From Podospora anserina (taxonomy: Eukaryota): a stretch of 64,000 bases of DNA. The DNA lies in the NCBI GenBank assembly GCA_017654855.1, contig CM030338.1:992001-1056000 (forward strand), given 5' to 3'. A program made the position numbers and the translations under genes. The notes under the pieces were generated by a model, which saw only the letters and a program-made list of their open reading frames with translations, did no database searches and was not told the origin of the DNA. Below are positions 48,764-60,099 of the stretch, piece after piece. How positions within the stretch are numbered: position 1 is the first letter of the stretch; every line of letters begins with the position of its first letter.

Positions 48764-49507
48764 TGTCACGGCTTGACACTCGGTGTGGCGCACCACAGAC
48801 CAATCATTAGTACAGGAACAAGGACTAATCAGAACAGGATCAATGTGATCGAGGATCGATCCAAGGGAGTCAACCCCAAAAGAGACAATATCGATAGGAT
48901 CGATGGTCAAGTCTATCGATTCAGGACAGTGCCAGGCTTGGCATTGGGGTCTATATATACGGAGGAACTGGCTGGTGTAGATAGATAGTTCCGCAGTATG
49001 CAATCACAGCTTGTATTCACGGCAACTTGTGTTTACATTGAGACATCTTGTTGTGCACTGTTTAGCTGCACCGAACCAGGATTATTCAGAAGTGCTTTCG
49101 ATTAGTATTGGTTTGGGGTGCGGCCACAGGCCTGAGAGTATGAGTAAGGAAGCGGGGCTCTCGGAGGACTCAGGGGTTCAGGGGTCATGTATATAAGCGG
49201 TCTGCTTCGGACATTCTATTTTAGACAAATCATCGACTTTTATTTTTCTTCGTATTTTGTGCCTTGCACGCGTGCAGGCAATTCTGGCCCTCTGATCAGG
49301 CCAATCCGGTGCTTATTATGTGGCCTGCGAGCCCATAGTGTCTTTTCTTTGTCCTACGTGAAGTGCGGCCTGCGAGCGAGTCACTGTCACGCAGGTGTGT
49401 TCATTCTGAGACCTGTTGAGGGTATATTTGTGGTGTTGTGGTTGTTTTGTGTGTTTTCTCACCATTTCAGTATCCCTTTCAGAGGTTCTGGATAGGGGTT
49501 CGTCATA
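48764..49507 (+). mobile_element. Solo LTR Y (~380 bp net) inserted in element X
   Basis: Starts TGTCACG and ends CGTCATA (probably RIPed CA); 5-bp TSD CCTGC (48759-63) / CTTGC (49508-12); internal TATATATA. Confidence 0.82.
49109..49469 (+). mobile_element. Inner solo LTR X (361 bp) inserted in LTR Y
   Basis: TGGTTTGGGG...CCATTTCA termini; TSD GTAT (49105-08 / 49470-73); TATATAA box; less RIP than the outer copy. Confidence 0.85.
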
Positions 49508-52171
49508 CTTGCACGCGTGCAAGGCACAAAATTTGAAGAAATAAAAGTCGATGTCCTGTCTAAAATAGAATGTCAGAAGCAGACCGCTTATATATATGAC
49601 CTCTGAGCTTCTGAATCTTCTGAGAGCCCCACTTCTTCACTCATACCCTCAGGCTTGTGGCCGCACCCCAAACCAAAAAGCTCATAAATACTAATAAATA
49701 ATATCGATATTACTTTTTCTAATGCTTTACTTAAAAATATAATAGACTGATTTAATTGGCTTTCGCGATTAAATAATAAAAAGCAGTAGTAAGTTTATTA
49801 CTTTTTATTTTATACCTCAATTTTGGAGTAGATTTATTTCCCCAACAGCTTTTCACTATAGCGCAGGTAAAAAAAAGCCTCTCTATTTACTCTTGGCCCA
49901 AATGAAGCATCTGACCTAGCAAATCAGCTAGTCACAGCATTTGAGGCACTTATTGCTTTAAAGATAGCATCAAGCGTCTCGACGAAAAAAGTTCTGAGCA
50001 ATGGATAGCTGCGACCAAATAAAGATTAAAACTGGAATATAAGTGTGTAGATAAAGTGTAAGTACTAACGTAATAACTATAAATTAAAGGCTTATTGCGT
50101 AATAGTGCCAGGCGAGGCGCGGCTGACCGCTCAGAAAACGGCAGCCTCGACGGCAACACATAGATTACACTAGGACCCTCTTTGCCTCCAAGACAAGATT
50201 TTGTGTGATGCGAGCCCTTATGCGGGTCAGACTGGATGGAAGTGTTCTTGACGAGAAGGTTGCAGCCTGCATATTGCGAATTGCAGCTCAGCCCACGTAC
50301 TTTGCAGGAGAAGAACCAAACTCGGCTACTCTCTCCCACCGCTCGCAAAGTGCTGGATGTTCAGCCTATCAAGGTGTGAGGATCATTCCGGCTGGGCCAC
50401 TCGGCACCTCCCAATCTGTCATCTGTCTTTTTGTTTGATACACGATAGGGTGTCAGACCCGAAAGGCGGTGGTGGTGAAGGCGGTATAGAGTCGGACTGA
50501 TAGTAGAGGTCTGCTATCAAAAGGGCAATGTTGTCCGGTGACACAGCATGTCTTCTTCTCTCAGTTAGAGACGGGCGATGTCGGACATTCGGGGATGCTC
50601 CTGACCTGCTAATCTTGGGATAAGGACGGCACTATGCGCATCAGGAGGCAATCCACAGCGAGGGTCCTTTGTCTGTCTGAACAGAGTCAAGCGCCATTGG
50701 TACGATGCTCCTCCCAAGTCGAAATTCCGCCAGCCGGGTCTTTCCCGCCACTGGACATTTTTGGAGAAGCAGGTGGAGTCAGCGTGGGTTGAAAGGAACC
50801 ATCGACCACCACGCAAAAACCCTGGTCCAAAAGATCGATCGCCATGGGGTGGGGCCCGCAGCCAACGACGGAAGAGGAAGAAACGGGCGCACAGGGCAAA
50901 GCTAGCATTTCGAGAAATGGAAACGGCCGTTATTGTGAAATTGTGAAGTTGCCGCCGTTTTTCGGTTGGCCTTTGCCCAGCGCCACGGCCCGGGGCTCTG
51001 GTGATCAGCACAAGCACAAGCACAACTCTGGGCACAGGCTATGCTGCGCTGTGCCTTGTTGAAATGTGGGAAGAAAACGTGTGCTTCCACGCCGCCTTTT
51101 CCTTCGTCTCAACCAAACCAGAGTGACGGACGGCGTCACAAGCGGCGGCAGAGTCAGTCCGCCTCCGATGGCCCAAAGTTAAAAGTGTAAAAGCTTTTCG
51201 GTCGCATTATTCATATTGGTCATGCTGTGAATAAAAGCGAAGAAAAAAGGGACCTGGCCGGCCCCGTTTTGTCTTGGTGTTACGTTTTTCATCACCATCC
51301 GTTTTTGTTTGTTGCCGTGGGCGGGCATTGCGGGCAGAGTGACCTCAGCACTAACAGCCAACCAAAGGGGGGACTCGGCCAACATCCCACTCTCGACCCG
51401 CTCTTCTCTCTCGTTGTCGCCATCTCATCAGCCAAGCGCAGCCAAGTGCCAAGGTGGTGGACCCGGCTCCTCGCTTTTGAGGGCAACCCTGCGTCGCCCC
51501 CCTCCCTCTCTCTTGTTCCCTGCATTTCGCGATGGCACGGCCCCATCGCTGGACACGACCATATCCCCTCCTTGAACCGCTCCGCCAGGTCTCAAAAACC
51601 TGATATTTTGCCGCATTCCCGCTCTGCTTTTGACATTTTGCGTGTTTTGTGTGACATTTTCACCCTCTCGCAACTCACTCTTCTCCCAAAGCAAAAGGAC
51701 AACGTCATCTGCACGTCGACTTACCACCGACGACCCTGCTTTTCGACCAGGCCTTCCAGAAGACTACCTCACCTTCCAGCATTTCACTCTTGGGTCGACG
51801 GCCGAACGACCTGCTTCTCTAACACCACCACCCCCAAACAACCCACCGGCCTTTCAAACTACCAACCTCAGATTTCGACGTGATGGCTCTGCTGTTATAG
51901 CAATACGGTCCCTAGGGACACCGCCTTGTACGCCACTTGCAAGCCATAAGGTAGAGGACTGCTCTCGTCGCAGACTTCAGACTCCGCCCACAGCGGACAC
52001 TCACGATATCATTTCTCTATCAACAAACCAGCAACATCCACACACCCACACACACATATCTCGACCGCTGGACTCTTACTGCCCCTTCTTCCGCTCCCAG
52101 GACAACTCTGTTACCCTGCCGGTTGAGCCACCAGCTCGACGGCCACTTATACTCACATCCCGTTCTCGAAA

Positions 52172-54409
52172 ATGGAACAACACCGATACACACCTCACGA
52201 CTATGCGACATCAAATGTGTTGGCATGGACCACGACAAACTCCGCCAATGTGGAGCCATCAGTGGAAGAAGATGCGGGGGCTGATACGGACGAGCCACCG
52301 GATTGTCCGCCGCCAATGTCCCCCGTATCAAATCACTTCAAGCGAACTGCCATCCGCCGAGGCAGCGAGCAGCACGAATCCCTCCTGACCAAGGCTTTCC
52401 AAAGCCATTCAGATGAGGAATCTCACGATGCGACGTCTCTTGCTAGAAGGCGGAGACGCTCCATCACCAGCAACTTCAGCATCGCCTCGACTGCTGAGCT
52501 GACCTGCGATACCGGGCTTACCACGCCTGCGCGCACCATCTCACCCAGCCCTCGCTTCTCCAGCATCGGCTTCGTTCCCCTCATGGGCAAGACGCCCGTG
52601 CCGGTTGTGCGCGCTGAGCGGGATAGCGACGCCGCGGTACAGGCCTTGGCCAAGAAGAGATGCATCTCTTTTGCCTGCGCGGCGAAGCCCAAGACCGATG
52701 ACAAGGTCTCGATGCCACCACCTCCCAAGCCCACAGATAATGGGACGAAGTCGCAAGCGGCACCGAAGAAAACCACCATCAAGTTCGCCTGCCCCGCTGC
52801 GCCCCCCAAGACGGCGGGCGCACAGACTCGCCCGATGACTCCTGTTCCCAGAGATGTTCGTGTTCAGAAGCCACGGACTCCCTCGACGGTTCGGGCACGG
52901 CCCTCGACACCCCGCAGAACCTCCAACAGCCCCATTGCCATTCAGAGCAAGAAGTGGATTGCTGCTAATGCCAATGACCTTGACAGCGAGAATGCTCACT
53001 TTCACGAGTTCGCCAGTGAAACTCCCCAAGAAGATGACTGGATCAGGCATGATGATGTCCACAAGCCCAAGCTGACCATCCAGGATACGCTTCAAAAGGA
53101 GATGGAGATCCGGAAGCTCGGCAAGGAAGCTGAAGAGGAGGCGGAGGCTGAGGAGGAAGAGCTCGATGAAGAAGTGGATGAGGACGAAGATGGCGAGGAA
53201 GATGAGGATGACGATGAGTCTCCGAATGGCGATGATGGGGACGACGACGATGATCTGGACGACGAGGCTGACGAGGAAGAGGTTGAAGAGGAAGAGGAAG
53301 ACGACGTCAATGTTGGATACAACTGGGATGACGAGGCTTCTGACGGCTACAAAACCGACAACGAAATTGGTTTTGCCGAGTCCGACGATGAAGATGATGG
53401 GTTACTTCTCTGGACCACCCGCGTTGGTCACCATCAGACTCTGTCTGGGGCTGTTTTGTCGGCTGTTCGGAGACTGTCTGTCGGCGAGAGTTCTGATTCC
53501 TCTGCCGGTGAGGGCAAGTCGAGCCTTGTTCGCAAGAAGACAAAGCGCTCCAGATCCCGCCCCGTACCCTTCCGCCCTGCCACTCCTGAGCTTCCCGACA
53601 GCACCGATTTTGTCTGCGGTACTTTGGATGAGGACAGGCCGCTGGAGGATGCCTACATCTCTTGCGTGGAGGCGCGGAAGCGCGACAAGGTGCCAGTCAT
53701 TCCTCAGGACATCGATCCCAGTTTCCCCACCTCGGACATCGAAGACGAACCCGAAGAGCCCTATGGCAAGGGTTATGGAGAGAGCGACGAGCATGGCTGG
53801 CTTCACGGCGAGTTCGAGGACCTGCACCACGAGCGTGACCGTCGCGGACGCAAGAGCGGCAAGGGCCCATCTCCCAAGCGATTCCGCTCGCCCCCTCCCA
53901 AGCGCCGTCTTTCTCCCGCCCCTAAGATGCGCGGCCGTTCTCCCCTGAAGCCCACTGAGCGCGCTTCCCCTCGCAGGTTCAAGTCACCAGCCCCGATTTC
54001 CATGGCGTACAGGTCTTCTGCCTCGTCCTCACCTGGTCAGGACAGCGATCACGTTGCTTTCAAGGCACTTGCATTCCGCCCTGGTCTCGGCCTCCCCCAC
54101 ACCAAGTCCCTTCCCAAGGCACCGGGCATGTTTCTGAAGCAGAAGGCCCGCAAGGCCAAGGTTGCCGCCGAGGAGAAGGACTCGACCCATGTCCGCGGTG
54201 CCATTGACATCGTCAAGGGTCTCGAACAGAAGAGACAGCGTCGCAAGGAAAAGTACTACCAAAAGTATTGCAGCCGGGCGCGCAAGGAAAAGGCGAAGGA
54301 GAAGGCTCACCCGAAACGCACGATCCCCGGCGAGGGAGCAGAGCGTATGAGGGAGCTTGGTCTCACGATGGCGGGCAAGAATCCCGGTCATTATGTTCTT
54401 TCCATCTAA
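52172..54409 (+). CDS. Conserved fungal acidic protein, DUF2457-like
   Basis: 745-aa ORF with biased codon use and a long D/E tract; PELPDSTDFVCGTLDEDRPLE and RGAIDIVKGLEQKRQRRKEK motifs (family name from memory). Confidence 0.82.
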   Translation: MEQHRYTPHDYATSNVLAWTTTNSANVEPSVEEDAGADTDEPPDCPPPMSPVSNHFKRTAIRRGSEQHESLLTKAFQSHSDEESHDATSLARRRRRSITSNFSIASTAELTCDTGLTTPARTISPSPRFSSIGFVPLMGKTPVPVVRAERDSDAAVQALAKKRCISFACAAKPKTDDKVSMPPPPKPTDNGTKSQAAPKKTTIKFACPAAPPKTAGAQTRPMTPVPRDVRVQKPRTPSTVRARPSTPRRTSNSPIAIQSKKWIAANANDLDSENAHFHEFASETPQEDDWIRHDDVHKPKLTIQDTLQKEMEIRKLGKEAEEEAEAEEEELDEEVDEDEDGEEDEDDDESPNGDDGDDDDDLDDEADEEEVEEEEEDDVNVGYNWDDEASDGYKTDNEIGFAESDDEDDGLLLWTTRVGHHQTLSGAVLSAVRRLSVGESSDSSAGEGKSSLVRKKTKRSRSRPVPFRPATPELPDSTDFVCGTLDEDRPLEDAYISCVEARKRDKVPVIPQDIDPSFPTSDIEDEPEEPYGKGYGESDEHGWLHGEFEDLHHERDRRGRKSGKGPSPKRFRSPPPKRRLSPAPKMRGRSPLKPTERASPRRFKSPAPISMAYRSSASSSPGQDSDHVAFKALAFRPGLGLPHTKSLPKAPGMFLKQKARKAKVAAEEKDSTHVRGAIDIVKGLEQKRQRRKEKYYQKYCSRARKEKAKEKAHPKRTIPGEGAERMRELGLTMAGKNPGHYVLSI

Positions 54410-55380
54410 ACGGAAGGCTATCTGATTTGCATCGCAAGGGCATACACTGGGGTTCATACACCACGGCATTCATCTGGGGCGGTCATCATGATTATTCATG
54501 AGCCTGGCGTACAAATTTCTTGTTTCTTTCTCACGACCACGGCGTTTTCACACATTGCCTTTTTTTTTTGGTCTATTCCTCCTTAGTAATTATCTCGCCC
54601 GGGTCCAGGCTGGCTGGCTAGTTTTCAACAACGCCGGTGACGGTCGACCTGGTACAACTCTATGTACATAAAGGCACAACTTTTTTTGTAGTTGCAATGC
54701 ATCTTCCCGTCTCTTCAGGGAATCAAGAATATACATTTTGAACCATTTTGGAGTTTTGCGATGAGTGATTGTTCGATGCTTGAGCAAATGGGTGCTCAGC
54801 CCAACCATGTGTGTACATGATGCAAGTAAAGGGGGTTGGTGTGGGTTAAGACGTTATTGGAGTGCCGAGGCTGCACACGATCACGATCAAGCTCATGGTT
54901 ACGAATCATTTAAATCGGATGTTTGCGCCTCTATTTCGCGTTGGACTAGGCAATCAACATCGAAGACGCGCGCCTCACCATCAGCGTCAGCATTTCCCAA
55001 CAACACCTTTGTAGAAAGGGAGATGTCCCCTTTTTAAGGTTTAGGGGGTCAGGTGACTATCTGCCTGATATTTCAGGTATCAACCAGCTGTCATTCTGGG
55101 TGCTGCCACTTGGGGGTCACGGGTGGTGGGACGGTGGTGAGGTAGGCTAGGTGGCCCCTGCGCAAGCAAGGCCAAGTAATTCTTGTAGCGCAGCTCTGGC
55201 CACTCCCTGAACAGACCAGCACGCAACCCGATCGGTTTCCATCGTCCAATTCCATTCCATTTCCTGACCGGACAACAACCAACCTAAAGCTTTGCTTTGC
55301 CATCACCGCGACACGCTAGCTACCTACCTACCCGACCGAAAAGTAAAACGAAGGGATAGAACGCGAGAGAGAGAAACAAG

Positions 55381-56166
55381 ATGTGGCTTGTTAACTGGTG
55401 TAAGTATTTTTGGGCAAGGGGTGTTTCGATGGGATGGGAGCGAGATGCTGACGTTTGGGGGATGAACAAACAGTCTACGATGTGCTCTCTTCGCTTGGCT
55501 TGTTGAACAAGCATGCCAAGCTGTTGTTTTTGGGCTTGGACAATGCGGGCAAGACGACGCTGTTGCACATGTTGAAGAATGACCGGGTGGCTATTTTGCA
55601 GCCTACGTTGCATCCTAGTGCGTATTTGTTTCTGATTGAGGGAGGGAGTAAAGGGGACTGACGACGATGGTGGTTTTTAGCTTCCGAGGAGCTCGCGATT
55701 GGTAATGTCAGGTTTACGACTTTTGATTTGGGTGGTCATCAGCAGGGTGAGTCTTTACGTGTGCCCGTTTTGGAGAAGGTTGAATGAATAGGGAGTGCTG
55801 ACGTGGAATGTGTTGTGGAAAACAGCTCGCCGCCTCTGGAAGGATTACTTCCCCGAAGTCAACGGCATCGTCTTCCTCGTTGACGCCAAGGACCACGAGC
55901 GGTTCCCCGAGGCCAAGGCCGAGATTGATGGGCTTCTTTCGATGGAGGAGCTGGCCAAGGTCCCGTTTGTGGTGTTGGGTAACAAGATTGATCACCCGGA
56001 TGCGGTAAGTGAGGATGAGCTTCGTCACCATTTGGGGATTTACCAGACGACGGGCAAGGGCAAGATTCCGCTGGAGGGGATCCGCCCGATTGAGGTTTTC
56101 ATGTGCTCGGTTGTGATGAGGCAGGGGTATGGGGATGCTATTCGGTGGTTGTCGCAATATGTTTAG
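55381..56166 (+). CDS. SAR1: COPII small GTPase Sar1; 4 exons
   Basis: [28 protein letters not shown] and [11 protein letters not shown]; canonical introns. Confidence 0.98.
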
Positions 56167-57403
56167 GGGGAGGGGTTTGGATATGGGGGGAGTGAGGTGA
56201 CGGGGCGATATGAGGGGCGCGGTATAAGAGGGTAGTAATGGATGGGGATAAGAATCAATACAGAAGGCCAGTTGCGTTTGCTTGTATTTGATGGGGGATT
56301 GCGGGTGTGGTTGGCTGTTGAACTTGTGGTGTAGGCATGGGCGAGAATGTTTTGAGGCGTTATGATATATGATTTATATTGGAAATGATACTTTTCTACC
56401 TGCCTCTCATGCTGATGATGCCGAGCGGGACAGGCTTCGAAAGATGATTGCTAGGCGTACTGGGATGAAGACCAGACCTCGCTAGATATTTCGATGGAAA
56501 TTATCAGATTGTACACAGGCGCGTATTTAGGAGGCATCACAAGATGGTCAACAGGCCTCGTCACATGATAGGCAGATCTACAGATTCGCAGCAAGCTCCA
56601 GAATTTCGTTCTTGATTTGCAATGATGATCTTTGTTCTAGTGTAATACCGAGGTGACATAGAAGTCTAGGCAGGACATAAAAGGAGGCTGAAGTTATCCC
56701 CAACACTTCGGAAATGAGCCCATAGGTGGAATGATTCCCCGAGTCCACTTGGGATGATGGTCAGAGGGAGGGTGGACGGGACGCAGTGGATGGAGCTTGA
56801 CGATTCAGGGTTGCATAACCCGGTTCATCGGGGGTGTGTTACCCCAGCTCAAGAAGGGCATATCTGGAAGAGATGAGAAGCGGAAATTTACAGTCCTTGC
56901 CTGGACGCTGAAAAGCAAAAGAATAAAGTCTATGATCTTAAGATCACAGCGTGTGTGAGGTGTGGTAGGGAGGTGACAAGGATAGCTTGGCATATGTTTT
57001 CCCCAAGTTTGGGGGTGGAGAGTGCTGCACAGGAGGTGCCACTTTGCCTAAAGCAAACCGACGTCATTCCACTGTCCTCCTGACAGCGGTGCGCGCAGCG
57101 GCGGCGGCGACAATTCACCTTTTTTGAATCAGCACTTTTTACCCACTAGATTGTTACCTACTGCATCACACTCCGGCGCAGATCAATTTACGACTGAAGG
57201 AAGGGCAAAGAGGTGGAAAGAAAAAAGAAAAAAACTCTGGGAAGCGGCGCGAATATGCTATCTCTTCTCGGGGTTTCTAGGACCGCTTGACGACCGACAA
57301 CCTTTCAATTTTACCTACCTACCAAGTTTGACACCCTAGTCGTTCTTTTTTTTATGCTGCGATACTACACGAAACAACACGAGAAACCAGTGCGCCATTC
57401 ACC

Positions 57404-59959
57404 ATGGCGGACAAGAACAAAATGACGACGACCCCTATTCCCGACTCCTCCTTCTCGGGGGGTTCGTCTTCTGAAGACAACCACCCCTCCTCACGCCTCA
57501 AACTCACCAGCACTACGCACCCCCCGACCGTCCGACCGGATATCGTGCTCCCCTCCAAAACCTACGGTTTCCCCCCGGAAGCGTTCGACTGGGCGAACCT
57601 CCCCGACGCGGAGACAAACTTCTTGCCGGCGGAGCATGTAGAAGCGTTTATACAAGCCCTGAGCGCGCCAGACTTTGTGGATGAGAAAGGGGAGGGGCAG
57701 AGTGTCAGGTTGAATAGTCCGGGGTTGTTGAGCAGGAGTGGGAGTAATTTGGAGTTTTTTGATGAGAATGAATCGCACGAGTATGGTGGTGGGGGAGGGC
57801 AGGAGATGGGGACGGGGACGTTTATCACGGCGAGGAATGATTGGGCGCCGGTTAATGAGCGGGTTGTGAGTAGGGAGGAGACGAAGAAGAAGAAGAAGAG
57901 GTTTTTGAGGGGGGATAGGGATAAGGGGGAGAAGAAGAGGAGGCCGAAGTTGGGGTTGAAGGGGTTGGTTGGGTTGACTGGGAGTGGGGAGGGGGGGAGG
58001 AGGGGGGGTGGGGGGAGGAGTAAGGATGAGACTAGGGAGGGGCACTTGTATCAGTTGTTGAAGTGGCCTTTTTTGTTGATTGTGGGGACGTGGTTGTTGG
58101 GGCTGTCGGTTGCGTATCTGGCGACGAGGTCGTATATTTATTTGTATGAGCAGTTTGTTGCGTGGAGGGGGAAGAGGGAGAAGTTGAGGCGGGCGATGAG
58201 GGCGACGGGGAATTACAAGCAGTGGGTGGCGGCGGCGAGGAAGATGGATGACTACTTTGGGGTGGCGGAGCAGTGGAAGGAGCAGGATGAGTTTGCCTAT
58301 TATGATGCGAAGACGGTGAAGAGGGTGTGGGAGGAGATGAGGAGGTCGAGGGAGAAGGCCGAGAGGGCGACAGATGGGGGGGATGAGAAACGGGGGAGGG
58401 AGGCGGTGGAGGAGTTGAAGCAGTTGATGGGGGCTTGTGTCAAGAATAATTTTGTGGGGGTGGAGAATCCGAGGTTGTATAGTCAGACGTATTATGGGAC
58501 GAAGAATTTGGTGCAGAATTTTGTGGATGAGGTGGAGAGGAGTATGAAGTTTTTGTTAAATACGGAGTTGATGAGTAAGGAGGAGAAGAGGGGGTTGTTT
58601 AAGGGGATTAGTGCGAACTATGGAAGGACGGCGTTGTGTTTGAGCGGTGGGGCGACGTTTGCGTATCATCATTTCGGGGTGGTGAAGGCGTTGTTGGAGG
58701 AGGACAAGTTGCCGGATATCATCACGGGGACGTCGGGTGGTGCGTTGGTTGCTGCATTGGTGGCGACTAGGACGAATGAGGAGCTGAAGCAGCTGCTTGT
58801 GCCGGCGTTGGCGCACAAAATCACGGCTTGTAGGGAGCCGATCACGGTTTGGTTCAAGAGGTGGTGGAAGACGGGGGCCAGGTTTGATAGTGTCGACTGG
58901 GCTCAGCAGTGCTCTTGGTGGTCGAGGGGGTCGATGACGTTCAAGGAGGCGTATGAACGAACGGGCAGGGTGTTGAATGTGAGCTGCGTGCCGGCTGATC
59001 CTCACAGTCCGACGATCCTGTGCAACTACCTGACCAGTCCGGACTGTGTAATCTGGAGTGCCGTGATTGCATCAGCAGCGGTCCCGGGTATTCTGAACCC
59101 AGTGGTGCTGATGATGAAGACGAGAGAGGGCAAGCTAGTGCCGTACTCTTTTGGCCACAAGTGGAAGGATGGCAGTTTGAGAACGGACATCCCAATCAAG
59201 GCGCTTAATCTTCACTTCAACGTCAACTTTACCATTGTCAGCCAGGTTAACCCCCACATCAACCTGTTCTTCTTCTCGTCGAGAGGTTCGGTTGGCCAGC
59301 CCGTGACGCATCGTAGGGGACGGGGCTGGAGAGGAGGGTACCTTGGCTCGGCCGTGGAGCAGTATATCAAGCTGGACCTGACAAAATGGCTCAGGGTGTT
59401 GAGGCAGTTGGAGTTGCTACCGCGGCCGTTGGGACAGGACTGGTCGATGCTGTGGTTGCAGACCTTTGGGGGAACAGTCACCATCTGGCCCAACGCCAAG
59501 GTCACGGATTTCTTTGGCATCTTGAGCGATCCTGACGAGGCCAAGCTAGCGCGCATGATCCACGAAGGGCAGCAGAGCGCTTTTCCCAAGATCAAGTTTG
59601 TTGCCAACCGTTTGAGAGTGGAGAGGCTGGTGGAGCGAGGCAGGAGGGAGAACAGGCCTGGGTTTGATGCCTCTGTTGCCAATGACGAAGGCAAGACTGT
59701 GCCGGAGAGGCGGGGCAGTGTTGATAGTTTGTTGAGTGATGATGATTTGAACCGGCTGCTTGATCGCCAGAAGCAGAGGCGGCGCAATGACGACGGCAAT
59801 CTCACGGCGACGGAGGATGAGACTACGGATGTGGATGGGGGGTTGACTGATGGGGAGACAATGCCGGGTGGGGGGCAGAGAAACATGAACATTGATGGGG
59901 GTGATACGGAGGAGGATTTCAAGTCGGGACGTCGGGCGGCGGGGAAGTTGTTACTTTAG
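57404..59959 (+). CDS. Patatin-like phospholipase / triacylglycerol lipase (Tgl3/4/5 family)
   Basis: LSGGATF Gly-rich loop, GTSGG (GxSxG) and WKDGS catalytic Asp motif; one N-terminal TM helix. Confidence 0.93.
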   Translation: MADKNKMTTTPIPDSSFSGGSSSEDNHPSSRLKLTSTTHPPTVRPDIVLPSKTYGFPPEAFDWANLPDAETNFLPAEHVEAFIQALSAPDFVDEKGEGQSVRLNSPGLLSRSGSNLEFFDENESHEYGGGGGQEMGTGTFITARNDWAPVNERVVSREETKKKKKRFLRGDRDKGEKKRRPKLGLKGLVGLTGSGEGGRRGGGGRSKDETREGHLYQLLKWPFLLIVGTWLLGLSVAYLATRSYIYLYEQFVAWRGKREKLRRAMRATGNYKQWVAAARKMDDYFGVAEQWKEQDEFAYYDAKTVKRVWEEMRRSREKAERATDGGDEKRGREAVEELKQLMGACVKNNFVGVENPRLYSQTYYGTKNLVQNFVDEVERSMKFLLNTELMSKEEKRGLFKGISANYGRTALCLSGGATFAYHHFGVVKALLEEDKLPDIITGTSGGALVAALVATRTNEELKQLLVPALAHKITACREPITVWFKRWWKTGARFDSVDWAQQCSWWSRGSMTFKEAYERTGRVLNVSCVPADPHSPTILCNYLTSPDCVIWSAVIASAAVPGILNPVVLMMKTREGKLVPYSFGHKWKDGSLRTDIPIKALNLHFNVNFTIVSQVNPHINLFFFSSRGSVGQPVTHRRGRGWRGGYLGSAVEQYIKLDLTKWLRVLRQLELLPRPLGQDWSMLWLQTFGGTVTIWPNAKVTDFFGILSDPDEAKLARMIHEGQQSAFPKIKFVANRLRVERLVERGRRENRPGFDASVANDEGKTVPERRGSVDSLLSDDDLNRLLDRQKQRRRNDDGNLTATEDETTDVDGGLTDGETMPGGGQRNMNIDGGDTEEDFKSGRRAAGKLLL

Positions 59960-60099
59960 ACTTTTGTGTTTTTGCATTGCAATCATGGTTGGTTTGATAG
60001 AGGAGCAACGGTACCAGCAAGAACACATGTGGCAGTTTATATTTCTAGAGGAGACGGTGAGATTTTGTAGGCTGTATAATTGACGAGTTATAATACCTT

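Larger units (their letters stand above)
48568..49675 (-). mobile_element. Outer copy of LTR-like element X (~360 bp), split into 48568-48763 and 49513-49675
   Basis: Both halves are the reverse complement of 49109-49469, with TG...CA termini and many CpA>TpA / TpG>TpA differences. No TSD seen. Confidence 0.85.
48240..50110. other. AT-rich, RIP-affected repeat island
   Basis: Sharp drop in GC and TpA enrichment on both sides of the nested LTRs. Confidence 0.75.

Noticed and set aside
48596-49522. Two ORFs sharing the peptide GPLI.PIR.LL.GLRA.SVFSLSYVKCGLRASHCHAGVF
   Set aside because: The similarity comes from the inverted LTR X copies, not from protein-coding paralogs.
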